Positions 43,480 through 53,156 are shown, counted from the first letter of the stretch. The stretch: DNA of 64,000 nucleotides from an uncultured Rubellimicrobium sp. (GCA_964540965.1 CAZIOT010000009.1:38642-102641), one strand, 5' to 3'. Made by a program: numbers and translations. The notes: generated by a model from the letters alone, not told the origin.

Positions 43480-44172
43480 TCAGGCGCCGCGCGGGCGGGC
43501 CATGTCGCCCGACCCGTCCTCTTCGGGGCCAAGGCCATAGCTCATCCGCCGCATCTGGCCGATGACGCGCGCCATTTCGGCGTCGGACAGCACCGGCGGT
43601 TCGCCCAGGGCAAGGGCCGCGACATACATATGCGCCAGCGCCTCGACCTCGACCGCCATCCACAGGGCCGATTCCGGGGTCTTGCCCAGGGCGATCTGGC
43701 CGTGCTGGCCCAGAAGGCAGGCCATCCGCCCGTCCAGCGCGGCCAGGGCGGCGTCCGACAGCGCCTGCGTGCCGAAGGTGGCATAGGCGGCGCAGCGCAG
43801 GGTGGGGCCGCCCATCACGCCCACCATGTAGTGGAAGGCGGGAATGTCGCGGTGGTGGCAGGCGACGGCCGTGGCATGGGTCGAATGGCAATGCAGGACT
43901 GAATCGACATCCGCCCGCGCGCGCAGGATGTCGCGATGGAACCGCCATTCCGACGAGGGGCGCCTGCCGCCGGCATAGCTGCCGTCCCAGCCCATCTCCA
44001 CGATGTCGCCGGGCTGCATCGCGTCATAGGGCATCGACGACGGGGTGACGAGAAAGCCCTCGCCAAAGCGGGCCGACAGGTTGCCGGCGGTGCCCTGATT
44101 GATGCCTCTGGCGTTCATCGCGCGGCAGGTGGCGACCATGCGAGCCCGCAGGTCCCGTTCCGCTTCGGTCAT
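43480..44172 (-). CDS. Class II aldolase/adducin-family protein
   Basis: 230 aa with fuculose-phosphate-aldolase-like His ligands (HCHSTHATAV). Confidence 0.8.
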   Translation of the reverse strand: MTEAERDLRARMVATCRAMNARGINQGTAGNLSARFGEGFLVTPSSMPYDAMQPGDIVEMGWDGSYAGGRRPSSEWRFHRDILRARADVDSVLHCHSTHATAVACHHRDIPAFHYMVGVMGGPTLRCAAYATFGTQALSDAALAALDGRMACLLGQHGQIALGKTPESALWMAVEVEALAHMYVAALALGEPPVLSDAEMARVIGQMRRMSYGLGPEEDGSGDMARPRGA

Positions 44173-45437
44173 GCTGCCCCTCCGTGCCGGTATGCCTCTG
44201 CATAGCCGCTGAGGCCCGGCAGCGACAGGGGCGCCGCGTCCGTCAGGGCAAGGGGCGGCGCCTGTCCGGTGGCAAGGGCCGCGGCGCCCAGCGCGACGCC
44301 ATAGGGTTCGGCATTGACCAGCGTGCGCCGGCCGGGCCGCAGCGCGGCGACCAGCGCGGCAAAGGCGGGGTCGCGCAGGAACGATCCGTCCAGCACCACC
44401 GGCAGGCCGGAGGCCAGCGCCTCGACCAGCGCCACGGTGTCAAGCGCGACGGTCAGGACGGCAAGCGCGTGGCGTTCGGCCGCGGTCCTGGCCGCGCCGC
44501 CGGCGACCAGACGGTGCAGGGCGCGGGTATCGGCGCGGGCATCCGCCGGCTGCGGACCGGCGATGCGGGCATAGGTCCGCCCGCCCATGGCCAGCGCCCC
44601 GGCAAGAGGGTTTCCGGCGGGGTCGGCATTCAGGGTCAGCGGCTCGGCCATGGCCTGCGGGACGGCATCGGTCAGCGCGACGATCCATGTCCCGGTCGAG
44701 ACGACGACCATCCCGGCCATCCCCGCCGCCTGATAGCGGTGAAACCCGGCCGAACTGTCATGCGCCCCGGCATGGACGCGCAGCGGCGGCAGGCCGGCGC
44801 CGGGGCGCAGCGCGCCCAAGTCCGCGCCGGCATGGACCATCTCCGGCATCAGCCGCCCCCAGCCGCGCGCGGCGACGATGGGCGCCCAGCCCCGTCCCGG
44901 CGTCCACAGATGCGATTGCGCGGCAAGGGTAGAGGCCTCGCTGACCGCGGTGCCCGACAGCCGCCAGGCCCAATATTGCGGCACGCCAAGACAGTGGCGG
45001 GCGGCGACAAAATCCTGCGGCCGGGTGCGTTCGGCCAGCAGCAGCTGCCGCGCGGTATGGGTCATCCCCGGCATCACCGCACTGCCGCGGCTGGCGTAAT
45101 CGCCGGCGAGCGCGGGATAATCCGCGACCTCAGCCGGGGTTGGCTGTTCGTAGTCGGCCATCGGCAGGGCAAGGCCGTCGGCGCTGTCACCATCGCCGGT
45201 CAGCATGCCGGCGGCACCATGGCCGACGGCGATGACATGGCGCAGACCGTGGCGCCGGGCCAGCGCGGCCAGAGCGTCAGTCAGCCAGCGGTTCAGCCCG
45301 GCAAGGTCGTGATGCACCCATGGCGGGCCGGGCAGCACCGGGTTGGCGGTGGACAGCGTCTCCGCAATCCTGCCGTCGGCGGTGACGGCCGACAGTTTCA
45401 CATTGGTCTTGCCGATATCCAGCACTGCGACAGCCAT
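44169..45437 (-). CDS. ASKHA/FGGY-like carbohydrate kinase
   Basis: N-terminus MAVAVLDIGKTNVK (DxGxT phosphate-1 motif), 422 aa. ATGA-type overlap with the aldolase gene. Confidence 0.65.
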   Translation of the reverse strand: MAVAVLDIGKTNVKLSAVTADGRIAETLSTANPVLPGPPWVHHDLAGLNRWLTDALAALARRHGLRHVIAVGHGAAGMLTGDGDSADGLALPMADYEQPTPAEVADYPALAGDYASRGSAVMPGMTHTARQLLLAERTRPQDFVAARHCLGVPQYWAWRLSGTAVSEASTLAAQSHLWTPGRGWAPIVAARGWGRLMPEMVHAGADLGALRPGAGLPPLRVHAGAHDSSAGFHRYQAAGMAGMVVVSTGTWIVALTDAVPQAMAEPLTLNADPAGNPLAGALAMGGRTYARIAGPQPADARADTRALHRLVAGGAARTAAERHALAVLTVALDTVALVEALASGLPVVLDGSFLRDPAFAALVAALRPGRRTLVNAEPYGVALGAAALATGQAPPLALTDAAPLSLPGLSGYAEAYRHGGAA

Positions 45438-45551
45438 GGCGCCCCCTTGCCGCCAACCTGCCGTGGCGCCGGCTGGCCGACAAGCGCGGCGTTCCCTTTT
45501 GCCGCGCGCCGTGCCACCTTGTGCCGGCAAGCCGCCTTGAAGGGGGATCGC

Positions 45552-46097
45552 ATGGCCGAGCCGGAGTTCGAGGTCACCTCGCTGACGCCGGCGCAGCGCG
45601 ACCGGCTTTTGGGGCAGGTCTATGACGAATTGCGCGGGTTGGCGCATCGCATTCTGGCCCGCGACCGCGCCGGCGCCTTTGTCGCCCCGACCGAGCTGGT
45701 CAACGGCGCCGCGATCCGCATCATCGGCCAGCGCCGCATCTCGACCCGCGAACGCACGCATTTCTTTGCCTTTTCGGCGCATGTCATGCGGCAGGTGCTG
45801 ATCGACGAAATCCGCAAGGAACGCGCCGACAAGCGCGGCGGACCGAAAGTCACCCTCATCACCGAGATCGCCGAAAGCGCCGCGCCCGAGGACAACGGCA
45901 TCGACGCCGAGGCGATCCACGAGGCGTTGCAGAGACTGGCCGAGGTCGACTCCGATCTGGTCCGGCTGGTCGAGAAACGCTATTTCGCCGGGTTGACGCT
46001 GGAAGAGATCGCCGAGGCCGATGGGGTCTCGGTCTCGACGCTCAAGCGGCAATGGCGGGTGGCGCGGGCCTGGTTGCAGGACGCACTGTCGGGATAG
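45552..46097 (+). CDS. ECF-type sigma-70 factor (TIGR02999/Sigma70_ECF-like)
   Basis: LLGQVYDELRGLAHRILAR..PTELVNGAAIRI and a C-terminal region-4 HTH (LTLEEIAEADGVSVSTLKRQW). Confidence 0.8.
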   Translation: MAEPEFEVTSLTPAQRDRLLGQVYDELRGLAHRILARDRAGAFVAPTELVNGAAIRIIGQRRISTRERTHFFAFSAHVMRQVLIDEIRKERADKRGGPKVTLITEIAESAAPEDNGIDAEAIHEALQRLAEVDSDLVRLVEKRYFAGLTLEEIAEADGVSVSTLKRQWRVARAWLQDALSG

Positions 46098-46101
46098 GGC
46101 G

Positions 46102-47163
46102 TCACATTCCCAAGGCGACCCGCGCCCGCGGGGCATCCCCGGCGCGCGGCGCGGTCCGGCCGATCACCGCGGCCTCGGCAAAGCCGTGGCGTGCGAAGGT
46201 GGCCAGAACCTCGGCCACGGTATCCTTGGCGCAGGCGACCAGCAGCCCGCCCGAGGTCTGCGGATCGGTCAGAAGGGCGCGGGCCACGGGATCGAAATCT
46301 GCGGGCAGGTCGATCTCGCCGCCGTAGCTGGCCCAGTTGCGGCCCGAGGCGCCGGTGACATTGCCTGCCGCGGCAAGGGCGGCGGCACCGTCCAGCAGCG
46401 GCACCGCCGGCCAGTCGATCAGCACGTCCAGCCCGGCACCCCGCGCCATTTCCAGCGCATGACCGCCCAGACCAAAGCCGGTCACATCGGTCATCGCATG
46501 GACGCCGGGCAGGCGGGCAAGGTCCGGCCCCGGCGTGTTCAGCCGGGTGGTGGTGTCGATCATCCCTGCATAGCCGGCAGCATCCAGATTGCCCTTCTTC
46601 AACGCCGCCGACAGCACGCCGACGCCCAGCGGCTTGCCCAGCACCAGCACGTCGCCGGCCTGTGCCGCGGCATTGCGGCGGACCAGCGCCGGGTCGACAA
46701 GGCCCATCACGACAAGGCCATAGATCGGCTCGACCGAATCGATGGTATGGCCGCCGGCGACCGGAATGCCGGCGGCGGCGCAGACCTCGGCCCCGCCCGA
46801 CAGGATGCTGCCGATGGTTTCGACCGACAGCACGCTGACCGGCATCCCGACGATGGCCAGGGCCATGATCGGCGTGCCGCCCATGGCATAGACATCGGAA
46901 ATGGCATTGGTCGCGGCGATGCGGCCGAAATCGCGCGGGTCATCCACCACCGGCATGAAGAAATCGGTGGTGGCGACCAGCGCCTGATGGTCGTTCAGCC
47001 GCCAGACGGCGGCGTCGTCGGCGGTCTCGATCCCGACCAGCAGCGCCTCGGGCACGGGCAGGGCGGGGGTGCCGCGCAGGATGCCCGACAGCACGCCGGG
47101 CGCAATCTTGCAGCCGCAGCCGCCGCCATGGGACAGGGAGGTGAGCCTTGGTTCGGAAGTCAT
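46102..47163 (-). CDS. selD: Selenide, water dikinase SelD (Cys type)
   Basis: N-terminal SHGGGCGCKIAP motif and AIR-synthase-like fold sequence. Confidence 0.95.
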   Translation of the reverse strand: MTSEPRLTSLSHGGGCGCKIAPGVLSGILRGTPALPVPEALLVGIETADDAAVWRLNDHQALVATTDFFMPVVDDPRDFGRIAATNAISDVYAMGGTPIMALAIVGMPVSVLSVETIGSILSGGAEVCAAAGIPVAGGHTIDSVEPIYGLVVMGLVDPALVRRNAAAQAGDVLVLGKPLGVGVLSAALKKGNLDAAGYAGMIDTTTRLNTPGPDLARLPGVHAMTDVTGFGLGGHALEMARGAGLDVLIDWPAVPLLDGAAALAAAGNVTGASGRNWASYGGEIDLPADFDPVARALLTDPQTSGGLLVACAKDTVAEVLATFARHGFAEAAVIGRTAPRAGDAPRARVALGM

Positions 47164-48227
47164 GCGGGCCTCATGGTCTGGATCGTGGCGGCGATGGTGT
47201 CGGCAAGGGCTGGCAGGGTGGCCGGAGCAAGGCTGTCGGCCGCGATCTCGGTCACCAGCACGGCCCAGCGGTCGCGGTGACGGTCATAGCGTGGGTCATA
47301 GTGGTGCTGCATCAGCCCGTCGGCAAGCGCGGCGAAATCCCCGGCCTCGGCCATGGCCAGCCAGCCGTCGATCCGGTCCTTCGGCTGATAGGGGCGCAAC
47401 AGGTCGATCAGCGCCGCAAGTCGGGCGCCATCGGCGGCGACATCGGCATAGGCGCGGGTCAGGTAATCGGCCCGCGCGGCGCGCGGCACGGCAAGGGCGA
47501 TGCGCGGCGCCGCCTTCATCGCCGCCCAAAGGCGCGGCGGCAGGCGCAGGTCGCCGACCTTGGCGCTTTCGGCCTCGACCACCACCGGGCGTGCGGGGTC
47601 AAGCGCGGCAAGCCGCAGCGCCAGCGCGGTTTCAAACCCGGTCTGCGCCGGCTGCGGCCCGATGGCGCCGAACACCGATCCGCGATGGTTCGCCAGCCCC
47701 TCGAGGTCGATGACCTGCACGCCGCGGGCCGGCAGCAGGTTGAGCAGTTCGGTCTTGGCCGACCCTGTATTGCCGTCCAGAACGATCACCGGCGCCCGCA
47801 CCGGGGTCAGCGTCAGTTCGGTCAGCACCAGCTTGCGCCAGGCCTTGTAGCCGCCGGCAAGCGTTTCGACCCGCCAGCCGATCTGGCCCAGGATGGTGGC
47901 AAAGGAACCCGACCTTTGCCCGCCGCGCCAGCAATAGACCAGGGGCCGCCAACCGCCGGGCCGGTCGTAGAGCACGGTTTCGATATGCCGGGCGGCATTG
48001 CGCGCCACCAGTGCGGCGCCCAACTTGCGCGCGTCAAAGGGCGAGAGCTGCTTGTAGATCGTGCCGACCCGCGCCCGTTCCGTATCGTCCAGCACCGGCA
48101 GGCTGAGGGCGCCGGGCAGATGGTCAAGCGCAAATTCCGCCGGCGCGCGCACGTCGATGATGTCATCGAAACGATGCGCGGCCAGATCGGTGAGCGAGGA
48201 AAGAGAAACGGCCATGCCCTGCGGCAT
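47160..48227 (-). CDS. selU: tRNA 2-selenouridine synthase (SelU/MnmH)
   Basis: Rhodanese active-site CWRGGQRSG and P-loop GNTGSAKTE. Overlaps the selD start. Confidence 0.9.
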   Translation of the reverse strand: MPQGMAVSLSSLTDLAAHRFDDIIDVRAPAEFALDHLPGALSLPVLDDTERARVGTIYKQLSPFDARKLGAALVARNAARHIETVLYDRPGGWRPLVYCWRGGQRSGSFATILGQIGWRVETLAGGYKAWRKLVLTELTLTPVRAPVIVLDGNTGSAKTELLNLLPARGVQVIDLEGLANHRGSVFGAIGPQPAQTGFETALALRLAALDPARPVVVEAESAKVGDLRLPPRLWAAMKAAPRIALAVPRAARADYLTRAYADVAADGARLAALIDLLRPYQPKDRIDGWLAMAEAGDFAALADGLMQHHYDPRYDRHRDRWAVLVTEIAADSLAPATLPALADTIAATIQTMRPA

Positions 48228-48257
48228 AGCCGTTCCGGGGCGCCGCCGGAAGCGGGC

Positions 48258-48503
48258 CTAACGGCGGACGGCGCGGCCGATCCAGATCAGGATGCAGGCG
48301 CCCAGCGCGCCGACGATCAGCTGCGGCAGCCAGTCCCGTTCGGCAGTGATCCCGGCCCAGCCAAGAACGACATTCAGCACCAGCGCGCCGACGATGCCCA
48401 GAATGATGTTCACGATCAGGCCGGTATCGGCCTTCATGATCATGCTCGCGATCCAGCCCGCCAGCCCGCCGATGATGATCGACAGGACAATCCCCAAACC
48501 CAT
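48258..48503 (-). CDS. GlsB/YeaQ/YmgE-family small membrane protein
   Basis: 81 aa from MGLGIVLSIIIGGLAGWIAS, with the typical Gly-zipper TM pattern. Confidence 0.8.
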   Translation of the reverse strand: MGLGIVLSIIIGGLAGWIASMIMKADTGLIVNIILGIVGALVLNVVLGWAGITAERDWLPQLIVGALGACILIWIGRAVRR

Positions 48504-48583
48504 GGTCCCCTCCGTCAGGTCAAATGCGGGGGGCAACGCGCGGGGCGGGCGGGCGGTTCCGCGGATTGTGCGAGGCGCAGCCA

Positions 48584-48952
48584 TTACGACCAATTTGGCG
48601 TGTCGCGCAGGATCGCGAGCCCGGCAAGAAGGGGTTCGCGCAGATCGGGCGGCAGGGCGTTGAAGAACGCAGCCCCGGGATGTCGGTGCCAGCGGAGGAA
48701 CATGTAGTCGGCTCTGCCGCGGTCAAGGTCCGCAATCATCAAGAGCGCATTGGCCACGGCGATCACCCCGGGGTCACGCCCCCCCGAGCCAAAGGAGACA
48801 AGCTCGACCGGCTCGCGCGGGAACCACGTGTTGTCGGGCTGCCGGTTCAGGTTGCCGTCGAACCGGGTCACAACCTCGTCCAGCGCCCGCAGGTGCCGGT
48901 CAGCATCGCCCGGCACGGCATAGGGTTCGCTGTTGGCAATGGTCTCGAACAC
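48584..48952 (-). CDS. Hypothetical protein (122 aa)
   Basis: ORF only, with a GTG start. No motif recognised; sits between dapD and the yeaQ-like gene. Confidence 0.45.
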   Translation of the reverse strand: MFETIANSEPYAVPGDADRHLRALDEVVTRFDGNLNRQPDNTWFPREPVELVSFGSGGRDPGVIAVANALLMIADLDRGRADYMFLRWHRHPGAAFFNALPPDLREPLLAGLAILRDTPNWS

Positions 48953-49016
48953 CTCGCGCGGCGCGGCCCGGATCAGGTCCGCCAGCGCGGCGATGACGCT
49001 GCGGGTGGCCGCCGGA

Positions 49017-49844
<828 letters not shown>

Positions 49845-49900
49845 GGCGGGATCCTTTGCTGGTCGCAGGGTGCATAGCGGCGGCAGGGGTGGGACGCAAC

Positions 49901-49926
49901 GTAAGGTGGGTCTGGACCCACCTTAC
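49901..49926. repeat. REP-like perfect palindrome GTAAGGTGGGTC-TG-GACCCACCTTAC (copy 1)
   Basis: 12-nt arms. The right arm contains the TAA stop of the minus-strand dehydratase gene. A near-identical copy is at 62655-62680. Confidence 0.7.
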
Positions 49927-50849
49927 CCGAAGGGCCCCGGCGCCGGATTGGCGCCGCAGACCAGCACCGCGACCCTTTCGTCCGGCGCGGGGACATAGGC
50001 GCCGGCGGTCAGGGCGGCCAGCGCCGTCGCCCCGGCCGGTTCGACATATTGCCGGAAGCGGTCCCAGAGCAGGCGCTGCGCGGCGGCAATCGCGTCATCC
50101 GTCACCAGGATCGCCGGCACCCCGGCAGCGCGGGCCAGATCAAAGGCCATCCGGCCGATACGCTTGGCCCCCAGCGCATTGGCGGCGATGCCGCCGACGG
50201 CGACCTCGTGGCCGGGCCCGTGGATCAGCGCCTCGTGCAGGGTGGGCGCCAGCACGGGTTCGACCGCCACCACCTTGCGCCGGCCCTGCCACCAGGCCAG
50301 CGCGCCGCCGATCAGCCCGCCGCCACCGACCGCGATCAGCACCGTGTCGGCCTCGAGCCCCTGTTCGTCCCATTCGCGGAACAGGCTGCCCTGCCCGGCA
50401 AGGGTGGGCGCTGCGTCATAGGGATGCACCTGCATGGCGCCGGTCGCGTCCTCATGCGCCCGGGCGGCATCCGCGGCCTCCTGATATGTCCCCGGCACCA
50501 CGGTGAGGCCGGCGCCGGTGGCGCGAATCAGGCCGATCTTCGCCGGCCCGGCATATTCGGGGACAAAGATTTGCGCCGGATGGCCAAGGGTCACCGCCGC
50601 ATGGGCGACCGCCGCGCCATGATTGCCGCCCGAGGCCGCGACCACCCCCGCCGCCGGCACCTGCGCCGACAGGAGTGTATTGAACGCGCCGCGCGCCTTG
50701 AAACTGCCGGTGACCTGCATGTTCTCGAACTTGAACGCCAGCCTGCGGCCCTCGATCACCGAGGCCATCACCGGGGTACGGTGGATATGCGGGGCGATGC
50801 GGGCATGGGCGGCGGCAATGTCTTCGCGGCTGGGGGCAGGGGTCATCAC
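49923..50849 (-). CDS. PLP-dependent serine/threonine dehydratase-family enzyme
   Basis: PLP lysine motif TGSFKARGA. 308 aa. Confidence 0.85.
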   Translation of the reverse strand: MMTPAPSREDIAAAHARIAPHIHRTPVMASVIEGRRLAFKFENMQVTGSFKARGAFNTLLSAQVPAAGVVAASGGNHGAAVAHAAVTLGHPAQIFVPEYAGPAKIGLIRATGAGLTVVPGTYQEAADAARAHEDATGAMQVHPYDAAPTLAGQGSLFREWDEQGLEADTVLIAVGGGGLIGGALAWWQGRRKVVAVEPVLAPTLHEALIHGPGHEVAVGGIAANALGAKRIGRMAFDLARAAGVPAILVTDDAIAAAQRLLWDRFRQYVEPAGATALAALTAGAYVPAPDERVAVLVCGANPAPGPFG

Positions 50850-50896
50850 GGGGCCTTTGGTTGGACTTTCGCCGTCATCAGTGCCATGTCGCGGCC

Positions 50897-51766
50897 ATGA
50901 CCCACAAGGACCGAGCCATGAAGGACGACCGCCGCCATCCGTTGCGCGATTCCGTGCAGGATACCGTTGCCGCCGAACAGGTGCCGGCGACGCCGCAATC
51001 CTTGTCGCCGACCTACCGGCTGGCCTTTGCCGACCAGGATTTTCTGCTGCGCGAGGATCTGCGGCCCGTCCGCCTTCAGCTTGAGCTGATGAAGCCCGAG
51101 GTCGCGCTGGAAGAGGCCGGGATCCGGTCCACCATCGTCATGTTCGGCGGCGCGCGGATCCCGGCGCCCGAACACCGCGACCGCGCCCGCACGCCGATGC
51201 TGGCGGACCTGACGCGCTATTACGAGGAGGCGCGGCGCTTTGCCTTCGAGATGACGCGGCTGTCGCTGGCCGCGGGCGGCAAGGAGAACATCATCTGCAC
51301 CGGCGGCGGGCCGGGAGTCATGGAGGCGGGCAACCGCGGCGCCGCCGAGGCGGGCGGACGGTCGATCGGGCTGAACATCGTGCTGCCGCACGAACAGGTG
51401 CCGAACCCGTATGTCACGCCGGAACTGAGCTTCAATTTCCATTACTTCGCCATCCGCAAGATGCATTTCCTGATGCGGGCCAAGGCGATCTGCGTCTTTC
51501 CCGGCGGTTTCGGCACGATGGACGAGATGTTCGAATCGCTGACCCTGATCCAGACCGGGCGGATGGAACAGGTGCCGTTCCTGTTCTTCGGCCGGGCGTT
51601 CTGGGAACAGGTCATCGACTGGAACCTGCTGGTCGAGGCCGGGACCATCGCGCCGGCCGATCTTGACCTGTTTCGCTATGTCGACAGCGCGGAAGAAGCG
51701 GTGGCGATGATCCGCGACTGGAAGGGCGCCGGGAAGAAGCGCGAACACATTCCGGGGCGGACCTGA
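50897..51766 (+). CDS. LOG-family (TIGR00730) nucleotide phosphoribohydrolase-like protein
   Basis: PGGFGTMDEMFE motif and GGGPGVMEA. The start is uncertain (50861, 50897 or 50918). Confidence 0.8.
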   Translation: MTHKDRAMKDDRRHPLRDSVQDTVAAEQVPATPQSLSPTYRLAFADQDFLLREDLRPVRLQLELMKPEVALEEAGIRSTIVMFGGARIPAPEHRDRARTPMLADLTRYYEEARRFAFEMTRLSLAAGGKENIICTGGGPGVMEAGNRGAAEAGGRSIGLNIVLPHEQVPNPYVTPELSFNFHYFAIRKMHFLMRAKAICVFPGGFGTMDEMFESLTLIQTGRMEQVPFLFFGRAFWEQVIDWNLLVEAGTIAPADLDLFRYVDSAEEAVAMIRDWKGAGKKREHIPGRT

Positions 51767-51953
51767 GGGCGGCGCCGGGCTTCAGCCCGGCGAAGGAAGA
51801 AGGGGGCCTTCCGCCCCCTCTTGGCCTTCGGCCAATCATGCCGCCGCTTGCTCGGACCGATGGCGTTCGCGGCGGCAAACCCCAAGGATATTTGTGGCCC
51901 GAAGAAGCCGAATGAGGGTTTCGGGGCTTTCAGGCCGGCCCTGCCGGCCCGCC

Positions 51954-52982
51954 CTATCCTTCGCCGTCCTGCGGCACGTCCAGCCCCTGCATCGGCGGCC
52001 GTGACGGGTCGCGGATCGCCTGCATCGCGGCGCGGGCAAGGAATTCGCCGGCGGCGCGCACATCCTCGTCGATGGCGGTGATCGCCGGGCGGAAGGTCTG
52101 CAGGAACTCGACCGAGCCCTTGGCGAACACGTCGATGTCCTGGCCAAGGTGGCGGCCCTGCGCCTCGATCCCGCCGACGGCACCCATCGCGCCCGCGGTG
52201 GACGAGCAGATGATGCCGTCGACCTGCGGGTTCGCCTGCAGGAACGCGGCGACCTCCTCGCGCACCATGCCGACCGAATCGTCGCTGGTGACGCCGGGGA
52301 TGCGCATCAGCGTCAGCCCCAGATCGGCGGCGGCATGGGTGGTGCCGTCCAGCGTGTTCTGCGCATAGTTCTGCCCCGCGGGCGGGCCAAGCAGCGCCAT
52401 GTGCCGCCGCCCGCGCCGCGCCAGCCGCCGCACCCCGATCTCGCCGAAGGCGGTGTTGTCGAAGTCGAACCAGGCGTGGCGGTCGGCCCAGTCGGTGCGG
52501 CCATGGGTGGCAAAGGGGAAATTCCGCTCCATCAGATACAGGACGCGCGGATCCTGCGGCTCGGTCTGGTTGAAGATGATCGCATCGGCGGATCCGGTTT
52601 CGACGATATAGCGGATCGGCTTCATCACATCCTCGCCGGGGAAGAACGGCGTGATGATGATGTGATAGGGCGTGCCGCGCAAAGTGCCGGCAATCGAGGA
52701 AATCAGCCGCCCCGTCTGGTTGTCGTGTTCGGTCGAGATGACAAGGCTGATGACATTGGTCCGCCCGGTGCGCAGGCGGACCCCGGCGCGGTTGGGGACA
52801 TAGCCGATCTCGTCGGCGATTCGGCGCACCAGCTTTTTCGTCTCGGCGCCGATGTCGGGAGCGTCGTTCAGCGCGCGGCTGACCGTCGGCACGGCCAGCC
52901 CCGACAGCTGCGCGATGGTCTTGAGCGTGGGCTTCTCGGGCAGAGGGAACGCGTCTCTCCCGCCCTCGTCCTTCGTTGGCAC
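51954..52982 (-). CDS. LacI-family transcriptional regulator
   Basis: HTH TLKTIAQLSGLAVPTVSRALN plus a periplasmic-binding-like sugar domain. Divergent from the ABC operon. Confidence 0.9.
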   Translation of the reverse strand: MPTKDEGGRDAFPLPEKPTLKTIAQLSGLAVPTVSRALNDAPDIGAETKKLVRRIADEIGYVPNRAGVRLRTGRTNVISLVISTEHDNQTGRLISSIAGTLRGTPYHIIITPFFPGEDVMKPIRYIVETGSADAIIFNQTEPQDPRVLYLMERNFPFATHGRTDWADRHAWFDFDNTAFGEIGVRRLARRGRRHMALLGPPAGQNYAQNTLDGTTHAAADLGLTLMRIPGVTSDDSVGMVREEVAAFLQANPQVDGIICSSTAGAMGAVGGIEAQGRHLGQDIDVFAKGSVEFLQTFRPAITAIDEDVRAAGEFLARAAMQAIRDPSRPPMQGLDVPQDGEG

Positions 52983-53114
52983 TTCGGCCCTCCCGGCCAG
53001 GAATTCCTTGGTCCGCCGCAGGTTAGGCGCCGTGATCCGGGCGGCTTATCCCACCCTGCAACCCGCGGCAACATCGGCGCAGATTTTGTCTTGCCTGACC
53101 AAGCTAAAACGATA

Positions 53115-53126
53115 TAGAAATTTCTA
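53115..53126. promoter_or_regulatory. Perfect 12-bp palindrome TAGAAATTTCTA flanked by AACGAT repeats, candidate LacI operator
   Basis: An AT-rich island in the lacI/ABC divergent region. It lies ~30 nt upstream of the GTG start, which is preceded by the SD AGGGAGGAG. Confidence 0.5.
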
Positions 53127-53156
53127 CAACGATTTAGATCAGGGAGGAGAAGAATC

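Noticed and set aside
51821-52183. Small ORFs (86 aa plus strand, 115 aa minus strand) in the LOG/lacI spacer
   Set aside because: They are Arg/Pro/Ala-rich, overlap the hairpin cluster and the lacI 3' end, and have no coding character.
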